64,000 bases of DNA from Deferribacterales bacterium (lineage in GTDB: Bacteria > Chrysiogenota > Deferribacteres > Deferribacterales > Geovibrionaceae), in NCBI GenBank assembly GCA_050251945.1, contig JBFWLW010000006.1, positions 96,039 through 160,038 of the forward strand, written 5' to 3'. Positions within the stretch are counted from its first letter, which is position 1, and every line of letters begins with the position of its first letter. A program made the position numbers and the translations under genes. The notes beneath the pieces are model-generated. The model searched no databases. It was not told the DNA's origin and saw only the letters and a list, made by a program, of their open reading frames with translations. Below, piece after piece: positions 19,057-28,604 of the stretch.

Positions 19057-20657
19057 ACGGGCTTTATAAGAGAAAGAAGATATTTTGCCAGTTTTTCATC
19101 TTTCTTTTCAGCAAGATATTTTCCCTGTAATTTTCTGACATTCTCTTTAAGCTGCCGGTAATCCACTTTTTTAATCTTTTCCGCAATTAACGGAATTTCA
19201 TCGTATCTGACGCTGAAACCGATTTTGTTGTCGTTGACAAACTCTCTGTGGGTCACAAATTCATCGTTAACTATCATCGGGAGTCCCGCCGCAAGATATG
19301 TCACCATCTTTGCCTGAAAAAGCGAATTAAAATGAACACGGCATATTCTTTTGTATTCTTCGTTTATATTAAGCAGATTAAGCCCGAAATCATAATCCTT
19401 TATCGCGGACGGCAGATCGAAACCCGAAACAAAATCTTCCCAATAAAAGTTTTTTTCTGTTTCAAGATGATCATACGGCGGTCTGAATCTGTTTCCTGAA
19501 AAATTGAAAAGATGCACTTCTATCCCCTGACTGCAGATATCCTGAAATACCCTGTCAAGAGTCGCTACCTGATGCATCGCTTTTTCATGAGAATATGCGA
19601 TGTTGCCTGTGTAGCAGACTTTATAACTGCGTTCAGGCAGCGTATCTGAAAATGTAAACGAATCCGGTTCCTGAAAATAATCGGTAATATGGCAGGTTTT
19701 TGCATCTTTCAGCATGTGCTTTGAAGCGTATTCGCCACCGCAGTTGGTTATCACACCGTCAGCGGCAAGGGTTATTTCACGCTCCAGATAATCGAGCATC
19801 TCAACAGTCCCGACATCACAGCCTAACCATTCGGAAATATTTTCAAAGCTGAGATCGAATGAACCGTTCAGGCAAAAATCCGTTGTTGAATGAACAAAAC
19901 ATAACTTTTCTCTGTATTCAGCCATTAAATCATATACAAAAACGTTGTCATGGGGTCCGGCATGAAAACACACAAGTATGTCCGGTTTTATGGAATCAAT
20001 CATCCTTTTAATTTCGATAATGCTCCGGTGCGCGCAGAAAACTGAAGCGAAATGCTCATTTTTGTAATATACGTTTGAGCCTGTGATATATATCTTAACA
20101 AGATCAAAATATTTGCTCAGAGTATCTGACGCCACCGTTATGAAATCCCTTCTGTCGTCCATCAGAACGAGGCACAAAACAGGCTTACCTGTGCCGTGAA
20201 AAGTCGTAATGTTCAGATATTCTCTTGCGGCAGTCAGCATTTTCTCTTCTTTATACGGCAAAAACACTTTTTCCGGCGAAATACCATATTCAGAACAGAA
20301 TTTTTTGATGCTGCCGCTATTCCAGTAGCCGAGCAATATGATATGATCGAAATCTATGTCCCCTATATCTTTTATATCTGCCAGCGGTATGGAAAAATTC
20401 TCTCTGGTAAATCCGGAATCAGTTGAAACGTCTTTTATAACACACTCTATTTTCCCTTCCGGATAAAACTCTGCAAATTCCTTAGAATGTTTGCCGTCGC
20501 CATAAAGCACAACTTTTGAACCTTCTGTTTTTCCGTATGCGACATCCGCCGCAAGACGCGGATTTCGCACATAGAGATAGTCATGATAAAAGTCTTTTGT
20601 CAGCCTAATAAACACTTGTTCATATTTTTCTGTCATGTCTCTGTTATCGTACTCCAA
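19053..20657 (-). CDS. GT-B fold glycosyltransferase (GT4-like) with N-terminal Rossmann-like domain
   Basis: KPDIL, ADGVI, VCYTGNI, DFGL, KMVTYLAAGLPMI, IGF; N-terminal VVLYGDG. Confidence 0.72.
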   Translation of the reverse strand: MEYDNRDMTEKYEQVFIRLTKDFYHDYLYVRNPRLAADVAYGKTEGSKVVLYGDGKHSKEFAEFYPEGKIECVIKDVSTDSGFTRENFSIPLADIKDIGDIDFDHIILLGYWNSGSIKKFCSEYGISPEKVFLPYKEEKMLTAAREYLNITTFHGTGKPVLCLVLMDDRRDFITVASDTLSKYFDLVKIYITGSNVYYKNEHFASVFCAHRSIIEIKRMIDSIKPDILVCFHAGPHDNVFVYDLMAEYREKLCFVHSTTDFCLNGSFDLSFENISEWLGCDVGTVEMLDYLEREITLAADGVITNCGGEYASKHMLKDAKTCHITDYFQEPDSFTFSDTLPERSYKVCYTGNIAYSHEKAMHQVATLDRVFQDICSQGIEVHLFNFSGNRFRPPYDHLETEKNFYWEDFVSGFDLPSAIKDYDFGLNLLNINEEYKRICRVHFNSLFQAKMVTYLAAGLPMIVNDEFVTHREFVNDNKIGFSVRYDEIPLIAEKIKKVDYRQLKENVRKLQGKYLAEKKDEKLAKYLLSLIKPV

Positions 20658-20834
20658 GATAAATGGTCAGCCGCCTTATTTCAGTATATACTGAATTATC
20701 TAACCGACGCCACCTTTTCATAATATTTTTTTAACGTTTTAACAACGTGGATAAACATGCCCTTTTAGCTGGACTATCAATTAAGCAATGCTATAATATT
20801 ATCAATAATAATCATTCAAATAGTCGGTTAATTA

Positions 20835-21731
20835 ATGAAAATACTTATAATCAAGCTCGGCTTTTCAGAAACACTTGATCCGGAAATAGGCAAGGTCACT
20901 TCTCTTGGGGACGTGCTGAGAACAACACCCATCCTGTATGCTTTGAAAGAAAAGTATTTTGAATCGCACATCACATGGCTGACAGACGAATCCGCCGCTC
21001 CCCTGCTCCATTACAACCCGTACATAGACAGGCTGCTCATCTGGGACAGTTTCATCGGTTTCCAGCTTATGAGTGAACGTTATGATATAGTGATAAACCT
21101 TGAAAAGATAGGCGGTCTCTGCGCCCTTTCAAACCGTATCAACGCATGGAAGAAATACGGCTTCAGATTCGACGAGACAACAGGTTCATACGACGTTTAC
21201 GAAGGCGCTGAATACGCCCTTGACCTCTGCCTGAAACGAAACATAAAAAAGAACAACATCAGGATTTGGCAGGAAATACTTGTTGAAATGGTTGGCGTCG
21301 CATGGGCACAGCAGCCGTATATCCTTGGTTACAAGCCTAAATCTTCCGAAACTCACGATGTGGGATTCAACTTTAAGGTCGGAACAAAATTCCCTGAAAA
21401 AGCATGGGACGATGAAAAATGGAAACAGTTGGGAGAGCTTCTTTCAGCGGACAACAGAACGTTCTGTTACCAGCAGGGGCTTTCAAATCTGTACGAATAC
21501 ATTGACTGGATAAACTCCTGTAAAACACTTATAACCTGCGACAGTCTCGGTCTGCATATCGCTCTGGCGCTGAACAAGAACGTGATAGGTCTTTTCGGCC
21601 CCACAAACGCCACTGAGGTCTTCTTTTACGGAAGATCATCACACATCAAAAAGGACACAATGAAGCTTATAGATGCGCAGGAAGTTTTCGACGTTTATAA
21701 AAAAGCTGTCGACCGCGGAGTAAGCGAATGA
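20835..21731 (+). CDS. Glycosyltransferase family 9 (heptosyltransferase-like)
   Basis: MKILIIKLG...SLGDVLRTTP, HITWLT, NPYID, KAW, ITCDSLGLHIALAL, GLFGPT. Confidence 0.88.
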   Translation: MKILIIKLGFSETLDPEIGKVTSLGDVLRTTPILYALKEKYFESHITWLTDESAAPLLHYNPYIDRLLIWDSFIGFQLMSERYDIVINLEKIGGLCALSNRINAWKKYGFRFDETTGSYDVYEGAEYALDLCLKRNIKKNNIRIWQEILVEMVGVAWAQQPYILGYKPKSSETHDVGFNFKVGTKFPEKAWDDEKWKQLGELLSADNRTFCYQQGLSNLYEYIDWINSCKTLITCDSLGLHIALALNKNVIGLFGPTNATEVFFYGRSSHIKKDTMKLIDAQEVFDVYKKAVDRGVSE

Positions 21732-22864
21732 ACATAAAACTTTCACTGGTGACTTCAACACATAACGCATATCCGCATAACTTTGACGAACTGGGTAAAT
21801 CTCTGGAACAGGAAGGGATCGACCTTGAGATAATATATGTTAACGATCCTTACGGAAATTTCCACGATAATATCTCAAAAAGCGGTGAAATCAGGCGGAT
21901 AACACCACCGAACGGACTGGGGTATTTCAATTCCATGAGATTCGGTCTTTTGCAGACCACAGGCACCTATGTATATTTTCTGTCAGACGACGCAAAACTG
22001 AACGACATCAGTTTCCACGCCAAAGCCATTAAAGAGCTTAACGGCGGCGCAGACCTTGTGTTCAGCAGATCGGAGATATCTTCGGAACACGGAAGCTATA
22101 TAATGCACCACCCGTTCAGACAGTCTTATGTCCCCGCTGAATTTCTTCGTGAGTGGTACAATCTGCGGATGATATTTGTGGATTATTTCAGTTTCAGCAG
22201 CTTTATGTTCCGTAAAGACATGCTTATGAAAGCCGAAGCTTTTATATCCACCTTTCCCTACGCACTCTCTCTGGACACTGCAACGATACTTAAAACCATT
22301 CTTTTAAGCAAATCCATTGCATTCGTCGACTGTGTTTCCGCCACAAGGCACAACACGGGCATCAGCAGATACAACAACGACAAGAGCAACATGACCGATC
22401 AGGTGGTAAACCACTTTGCAATCCCTCTGGATGTTTCAGAATTCATAGATAAACTGCATATCGGTCAGGATCTGCACAACGAGCTTAAAGTTTTTTTCAA
22501 CCAGTACGCCATCTATTCATTTAACGCCATAACCTCCGACTTTTATCAGACATCAAATCAGATGATATTTGACAGTATGGAATTTGACAGCCTCCTTAAA
22601 GGCAGAGAAGTATATATCTACGGACGGGGCTGGGTTGGACTTGCGCTGTTTGACTATCTCAAAGATTCAGGCATCCGCACAAAAAGCTTTATAGACGATT
22701 TCAAAACGGACGAATCCATCCTTCCGTTCGATAAATTCAGCTCCATGGAGCATAAAAACACTTCGGTGATAATAGCCAGCTACAAGTGTTCTGACGTTTT
22801 TAAAATATATAAGAAACTCATAGGCTTAAAAGATATCGAAGTGATAGATCTCATGAGAGTATGA
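21728..22864 (+). CDS. Divergent GT2-like glycosyltransferase with C-terminal Rossmann-like domain
   Basis: SLVTSTHN, EIIYVND, NGLG...GTYVYFLSDD; C-terminal VYIYGRG...FIDDF. Confidence 0.7.
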   Translation: MNIKLSLVTSTHNAYPHNFDELGKSLEQEGIDLEIIYVNDPYGNFHDNISKSGEIRRITPPNGLGYFNSMRFGLLQTTGTYVYFLSDDAKLNDISFHAKAIKELNGGADLVFSRSEISSEHGSYIMHHPFRQSYVPAEFLREWYNLRMIFVDYFSFSSFMFRKDMLMKAEAFISTFPYALSLDTATILKTILLSKSIAFVDCVSATRHNTGISRYNNDKSNMTDQVVNHFAIPLDVSEFIDKLHIGQDLHNELKVFFNQYAIYSFNAITSDFYQTSNQMIFDSMEFDSLLKGREVYIYGRGWVGLALFDYLKDSGIRTKSFIDDFKTDESILPFDKFSSMEHKNTSVIIASYKCSDVFKIYKKLIGLKDIEVIDLMRV

Positions 22865-22865
22865 G

Positions 22866-25433
22866 ATGATAAACGCATTTGTCCCGACACTGAACAATGA
22901 AAAGACCATAAGACGCGTTCTGAAAACCATCAAGGCGCAGACAATACAACCGTCAAGATTCATAGTTATCGACAGCGGATCCACCGACGGCACAGAAAAT
23001 ATATGCCGCGAAGAAGGTTTTGAATTCTATCCGCCTTCATATTTCGGAGTTGATGGTATCCTCGGTCTCGGCAGAGCGAGAAACCGCATATTGGAACTAA
23101 TTGACACGCCTTATCTTCTCTCCGTTGACAGCGATATCATACTCCGTCCAGACCATATAGAGAACCTTTTGCCTATACTAAAGAACAACCCCAAACTTGC
23201 GGGCGTTGCGGCAAAACAGATAGAGCTTAACCGCACGGAGATGGGCGACCGATGCCGTGCGCTGGTGGATATGCGCGACCTTTATAAACCGCTGGGTTCC
23301 GAAACGGACGAATACCGCGAATTTCTGCTGGGTTCAAACAGTATATACAGAACAGAGGCTCTCCACAAAGCGGGCATAGCCGAAAACGGCAATAAATACC
23401 GACCGTTCGACGACAGCCTTATGTCCAACTATGAAGACGTGGATATCGGCATAAAACTCAAAAAACTCGGTTACGACCTGCTCTGGCACCCCGCCCAACA
23501 TACTTATCATCTGCAAAAAGACGATGTCGCGAGCTATCTTAACCGCGCGTACCGCTACAGAGTGTTCAAATGGTCCATGCAGGGTGCATTTCAGGACGAA
23601 ACTCTTTACCGCAAAAAAGCGGAGCACAATATAAACTACACCCGGATGGGGCTTGATATTATAACCGAAAAATCCAGAAGCTATCTGGTATACCCTTATA
23701 TCCTTGCGGGTTTCAAATTCTTTCTGGAAGACGTTTTGAGATTTCAGGAAAATAATCCCGCTGCACAGCGGATTTATAATTCGTTCATAAAATCTCTGGA
23801 GCATTTCACATCCGGCAAAATCAGACATGGTGTCATTGAATTCAACAAAGAAGTTCTGGACAAAATAGACCTTTCACCGACAGACGAAACGGACGATGAG
23901 ATATTTGAATGGTTCCGCTCCCTTGCATCTCTCGACGTTCTCAATAAAAAATTCCCCGCCATGCACGACACAAAGCTGACGGAAACGGATAAAGCTCTGA
24001 AAACGAAAGCAGTGGAAGCGTCCATGCTCCGTATGGAATATGAAAAAGGTCTCAATGCATATGGCAGTTTCAGAGTAATGGTCGTCAACCTGCCGTGGAG
24101 GCAGAACGGCAGGGCAGGCGTTAACGCCGGAAGCCGCTGGCCGCATACATACGATATGTCCCGCTATAAGGCGAATTTGCAGCCTTACATACCCTATCCT
24201 TTCTTCATGGGGCATCTTTTCTCACTGCTGAAAAACAGCGGAATAAGCGCATGGATGACGGACTGTGCCGCCGAAGGATACGCACCTGAAGAATTCATAT
24301 ACGAAGCCTTCGGATACTCGCCCGATCTGCTTATAACGGAGACTTCCGCCCCGTCGTTTGAAAATGATATGACGATCCTGAAACAAATAAAAGAGTTCCT
24401 GCCCGATACAAAAATATGCGTGACAGGTTCACACGCCGGCTTCCTGAAAGAGAACGTTCTGGACGAGGAATACATCGACTTTGCCATTCAGGGTGAGTAC
24501 GAGCTTTCCGCTCTGGAGCTTTCAGAATGTCTGAAAGAAGGCAAAACCTACGGACATATTGACGGACTGATACACCGTTGGGGAATCAATCCGCCCCGCA
24601 AAACCACCGATTTTGCCGCATTGCCGCGACCTGAAAGAGTAATCACGCCATTTTATAACTATAATGACCGACCGGTGAGCGCTCTTGCGTATCCTTCATT
24701 CCAGACTCAGCTTTCCCGCGGCTGTCCGTACAAATGCTGTTTCTGCCAGTGGGTGCATACAATCTACGCTGACGGATACAGGAAAGCCGATACTGATACC
24801 ATTGTAAAAGAGATTCTCGACGCGCAGGGAAAATTCGGAATCCGGTCGTTTTATCTGGACGACGAGACATTTAACATAGATAAAAAACACCTGCACAATT
24901 TCTGCGAATCACTGGAAAGGCACGGTGTAAAATTGCCGTGGATGGCTATGGCGCGCGCTGACGGCGGGCTTGACGAAGAAATTTTAATCCGCATGAAAAA
25001 CAGCGGTCTCATCGGGCTTAAATTCGGCATAGAGAGCGTGGATGAAAAAGTTCTGAGCGAGATAAACAAAAAACTTGATATCAGAAAGTGCGAAGAGAAC
25101 CTTGCGCTTTGCAGAAAACTCGCAATAGAGATACACCTTACTTTTTCCATCGGCTACCTTAACGACACACAAGAGACAATTCAAAGGACATTCGACTGGA
25201 TGAAAGAGCAGAATCCCGATTCCCAGCAGGTTTCCATAGTGACTCCTTTCCCCGGAACACCCATGTATGACGAGCTTATCAAAAAGGGTGTTTTGGTCGA
25301 TGATAATCTTAAGGATTTCGACGGTCACAATGCCCACACTTTCCGCGGAAATCTCGAAAGTGACGAGATAGTGCGGCTGAAAGATAAATGGGTCAAAGAC
25401 TGGGCAGAACACAAAAACAGAGGCACAAATTGA
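22866..25433 (+). CDS. Fusion: GT2 glycosyltransferase + cobalamin-binding domain + radical SAM domain (HpnJ-like/class B)
   Basis: N-terminal VPTLN, VIDSGSTDGT, GRARN, SVDSD, YEDVDIG. Middle NAGSRWP, YP, GSHA, GEYE. C-terminal SRGCPYKCCFC, DDETF, FGIES, TPFPGT. Confidence 0.9.
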   Translation: MINAFVPTLNNEKTIRRVLKTIKAQTIQPSRFIVIDSGSTDGTENICREEGFEFYPPSYFGVDGILGLGRARNRILELIDTPYLLSVDSDIILRPDHIENLLPILKNNPKLAGVAAKQIELNRTEMGDRCRALVDMRDLYKPLGSETDEYREFLLGSNSIYRTEALHKAGIAENGNKYRPFDDSLMSNYEDVDIGIKLKKLGYDLLWHPAQHTYHLQKDDVASYLNRAYRYRVFKWSMQGAFQDETLYRKKAEHNINYTRMGLDIITEKSRSYLVYPYILAGFKFFLEDVLRFQENNPAAQRIYNSFIKSLEHFTSGKIRHGVIEFNKEVLDKIDLSPTDETDDEIFEWFRSLASLDVLNKKFPAMHDTKLTETDKALKTKAVEASMLRMEYEKGLNAYGSFRVMVVNLPWRQNGRAGVNAGSRWPHTYDMSRYKANLQPYIPYPFFMGHLFSLLKNSGISAWMTDCAAEGYAPEEFIYEAFGYSPDLLITETSAPSFENDMTILKQIKEFLPDTKICVTGSHAGFLKENVLDEEYIDFAIQGEYELSALELSECLKEGKTYGHIDGLIHRWGINPPRKTTDFAALPRPERVITPFYNYNDRPVSALAYPSFQTQLSRGCPYKCCFCQWVHTIYADGYRKADTDTIVKEILDAQGKFGIRSFYLDDETFNIDKKHLHNFCESLERHGVKLPWMAMARADGGLDEEILIRMKNSGLIGLKFGIESVDEKVLSEINKKLDIRKCEENLALCRKLAIEIHLTFSIGYLNDTQETIQRTFDWMKEQNPDSQQVSIVTPFPGTPMYDELIKKGVLVDDNLKDFDGHNAHTFRGNLESDEIVRLKDKWVKDWAEHKNRGTN

Positions 25434-26446
25434 ACATTCTCATAACAGGCGGCTGCGGCTTTGTCGGCAGCAGTCTGGCACTGAATATAAAACAGAAATA
25501 TCCGCAATACGATGTGACCGCGCTGGACAATCTCCACAGAAACGGCAGTGAACTTAATATCCCGATACTCCACGAGGCGGGGATAAACTTCATACAGGGC
25601 GACGTGCGCCGACCGGAAGACCTTGAGCCGCTCCGCTATGACCTCATGATAGAGGCGAGCGCGGAGCCGTCTGTAATGGCGGGACTTAACGGCGACGACA
25701 GGTATCTGATGGAGACGAATTTCGGCGGACTGTTCAACTGTGTCCGTTCGGTGCTGGACAACAGCGCAAAACTGATCTTCCTGTCAACCAGCAGAATCTT
25801 CCCCATGTCCGCCATAAACGGGCTGGAATACATTGAAGAAGCGTCCCGCTACACCATGAAATATGGACACGGCATCGCGGAGAACTTCCCGAAAGAAGGG
25901 ACACGCTCCCTTTACGGCATGAGCAAATATGCGGGTGAGCTTCTGATAGCAGAATATGCCGAGATGTTCGGGCTTAAGTCTATAATAAACAGATGCGGGC
26001 TTCTGGCGGGCAAAGGTCAGTTCGGCAAAACCGATCAGGGAGTTGTTACCCACTGGGCGGCAAGCTACATTTACGACAAGCCGCTAAGCATCTTCGGAAA
26101 CGGAAAACAGGTGCGCGATGTTCTGAACGTGCGCGACCTCTTCCGCCTCATTGACATGCAGATGCACAATTTTGACAGGTTCCGCAACGAACTCTTCAAT
26201 GTTGGCGGAGGCATAAACAACTCGCTGTCCATATTTGAACTGGACGCGCTCTGCAAGAAACTGATCAGAAATAAAGAGGTGCCGTTCATGCCGGAACGGG
26301 TACTGGATATAAAATATTACGTCACAGACAATACAAAGATACAAAGTTTCGGCTGGTCGCCTGAAATTTCAGCGGAGGAAACTCTGAAAGAGATAACAGA
26401 CTGGCTGAAAGAGAACAAAGAGGAACTGAAATGGATATTTGCCTGA
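25430..26446 (+). CDS. NAD-dependent epimerase/dehydratase, CDP-paratose 2-epimerase-like
   Basis: [40 protein letters not shown] 25430 overlaps the upstream TGA. Confidence 0.85.
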   Translation: MNILITGGCGFVGSSLALNIKQKYPQYDVTALDNLHRNGSELNIPILHEAGINFIQGDVRRPEDLEPLRYDLMIEASAEPSVMAGLNGDDRYLMETNFGGLFNCVRSVLDNSAKLIFLSTSRIFPMSAINGLEYIEEASRYTMKYGHGIAENFPKEGTRSLYGMSKYAGELLIAEYAEMFGLKSIINRCGLLAGKGQFGKTDQGVVTHWAASYIYDKPLSIFGNGKQVRDVLNVRDLFRLIDMQMHNFDRFRNELFNVGGGINNSLSIFELDALCKKLIRNKEVPFMPERVLDIKYYVTDNTKIQSFGWSPEISAEETLKEITDWLKENKEELKWIFA

Positions 26447-27492
26447 TAACCGGAAGCGGCGGACTGATAGGCTCGGAGGCGGCGGAGTTTTTCTCTGCGC
26501 ATTTTGACAAAGTGATAGGCATCGACAACGACATGCGCTCCTATTTCTTCGGACAGGGAGCGTCAACCTCGTGGAACGTTGCCCGTCTTTCGGAAAAACT
26601 CAAAAATTATGAACATTTCAACATAGACATCAGAGATTTTGAAAAACTGGAAAAACTCTTCTCGGAATACGGCACGGATATAAAGTTCGTTCTGCATACC
26701 GCGGCACAGCCCAGCCACGACTGGGCGGCGAAAGAACCCTTCACTGATTTCGGCGTGAACGCCAACGGTACGCTGAACACTCTGGAAGCCGCAAAGAGAC
26801 ACTGCCCCGATGCGGTCTTCATCTTCACATCCACAAACAAAGTATACGGGGATACGCCGAACCTTCTGCCTCTGGTGGAGCTTGAAACACGCTGGGAAAT
26901 TGATGAAAGTCACCCCTATTTCGCCAAAGGCATAGACGAAACCATGTCTATAGACAATTCAAAACACTCCATTTTCGGCGCAAGCAAGGTTGCGGCGGAT
27001 GTCATGGTTCAGGAATACGGACGCTATTTCGGCATGAAAACTGGGGTTTTCCGCGGCGGATGCCTGACAGGCCCCAACCACTCCGGCGCTCAGCTTCACG
27101 GTTTTCTGAGCTACCTGATCAAATGCGCGGTCACCGACACCCCCTACACCGTTTTCGGCTACAAGGGCAAGCAGGTGCGCGACAACATCCACTCTTTCGA
27201 TATGATAAATGCTTTCCGCCATTTTTATAAAGCACCCCGCTCCGGCGCAGTGTATAACATGGGAGGAAGCCGGCACAGCTGCTGTTCCATGCTGGAAGCC
27301 GTCGCTATGGTCGAAAAGCTGACCGGCAGACCGTTCCGCCACACATACACGCAAGACAACAGAAGCGGCGACCATATCTGGTGGATAAGCGACGTTTCAA
27401 AATTTAAAGCCGACTACCCTGAATGGGACTATACGTATAATGTCGAACAGATTATTTCCGAAATATATGATACTATGAAACAAAGATTCTGA
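26431..27492 (+). CDS. NAD-dependent epimerase/dehydratase, CDP-paratose/tyvelose 2-epimerase-like
   Basis: [47 protein letters not shown]. Confidence 0.88.
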   Translation: MDICLITGSGGLIGSEAAEFFSAHFDKVIGIDNDMRSYFFGQGASTSWNVARLSEKLKNYEHFNIDIRDFEKLEKLFSEYGTDIKFVLHTAAQPSHDWAAKEPFTDFGVNANGTLNTLEAAKRHCPDAVFIFTSTNKVYGDTPNLLPLVELETRWEIDESHPYFAKGIDETMSIDNSKHSIFGASKVAADVMVQEYGRYFGMKTGVFRGGCLTGPNHSGAQLHGFLSYLIKCAVTDTPYTVFGYKGKQVRDNIHSFDMINAFRHFYKAPRSGAVYNMGGSRHSCCSMLEAVAMVEKLTGRPFRHTYTQDNRSGDHIWWISDVSKFKADYPEWDYTYNVEQIISEIYDTMKQRF

Positions 27493-27500
27493 GGTTCATT

Positions 27501-28604
27501 TTGAGAGAATACACTATTGAAGACATCTCCTACACAATAACCGAATACTGCCCCGGACCATGCCGTTACTGCTCTATATGGAAGCAGGAGGACAGGCGCG
27601 GAGAAGAACTCACCGATGCAGAACTGGACAGCATCTTCTCCTCAAAACACCTCGATCTGAAAAAGGTTCACCTCACAGGGGGCGAACCCCACATGAGCGA
27701 CACCTACCTGCGCGTTGTGGACAGCATCTACCGTTTCCACGACAGCGTTGTAATAGATTCGCCCATAACGGGCTGGTTTCCCGAAAGGCACGAAGAGATA
27801 GCGAAATACGTTCTCAAAAAGCACCCGCTCTATCGTCTGGATATCTCCCTCGACGGCGACGAGGAGACCAACGCAAAGATACGCCTTCGCAAAGACGGCT
27901 TTAAATCGGCGATGGAAACCCTTGAGCGCCTGAAAAAACTGAAAGGACTGGTTCTGCGCTTTCAGTTCACTATTTACAAAGAAAACCTGCATCTCATCGA
28001 ATGGATATACAACTTCGCAAAAGAGATGGGCGTGGGGCTTTATATCGGCTACGGACGGTTCAGCAGCGAACGCTATAAGAACACACAGGACAATCTGGAA
28101 AAATGCACCCTGAACAAGAACAGTTTTATCTGGACCGACGACGAGCTGAAACTGATAGACGAACAGCTTGTAAAGATAGGCTACGACAAAGGGCGCTACA
28201 GAAGCAAATATCTCCTGCAAAAAGCAGTTTACGAAGGAGAGAAGATAGACTTCAACTGCTATATGGGCGGTCGGAGTATAGATATCGACCCATACGGCAA
28301 CGTATTCCCATGTCTTCTGTGGCTGAACTATCTGAAAATGGGCAATGTGCGCAAAGCCGGCAGTCTGGACAAGGTTCTCGAAGACGATCAGGCGCAGGAC
28401 GTTCTCACCATGATACGCTCCAAACAGTGCCATGAGGACTGCCTTTACACCTGCGCAAACAAAATGACGCTTATCAACCCTGAGATACCAGCCGTCGGCA
28501 TGATACGGTATCAGGGAAAATACGGATACATCTTCAGCGAAAAGGACGTCATCCCCGTTAAACCGTGGTGGTATGACGAATACGTCCAGAGGGGCATAAT
28601 TTGA
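27501..28604 (+). CDS. Radical SAM/SPASM protein
   Basis: CPGPCRYC, TGGEP, ISLDG; CYMG...IDPYGNVFPC...MGNV...CHEDCLYTC. Confidence 0.9.
   Translation: MREYTIEDISYTITEYCPGPCRYCSIWKQEDRRGEELTDAELDSIFSSKHLDLKKVHLTGGEPHMSDTYLRVVDSIYRFHDSVVIDSPITGWFPERHEEIAKYVLKKHPLYRLDISLDGDEETNAKIRLRKDGFKSAMETLERLKKLKGLVLRFQFTIYKENLHLIEWIYNFAKEMGVGLYIGYGRFSSERYKNTQDNLEKCTLNKNSFIWTDDELKLIDEQLVKIGYDKGRYRSKYLLQKAVYEGEKIDFNCYMGGRSIDIDPYGNVFPCLLWLNYLKMGNVRKAGSLDKVLEDDQAQDVLTMIRSKQCHEDCLYTCANKMTLINPEIPAVGMIRYQGKYGYIFSEKDVIPVKPWWYDEYVQRGII

Noticed and set aside
20835..21731. Naming the GT9 gene waaC or waaF
   Set aside because: Shorter and divergent, with no other LPS core or ADP-heptose genes nearby; only the family can be supported.
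4069..28604. SPASM radical SAM enzymes as RiPP maturases or anaerobic sulfatase maturases
   Set aside because: No precursor peptide, PqqD/RRE domain, peptidase-exporter or sulfatase is visible; all neighbours are sugar-modifying genes.
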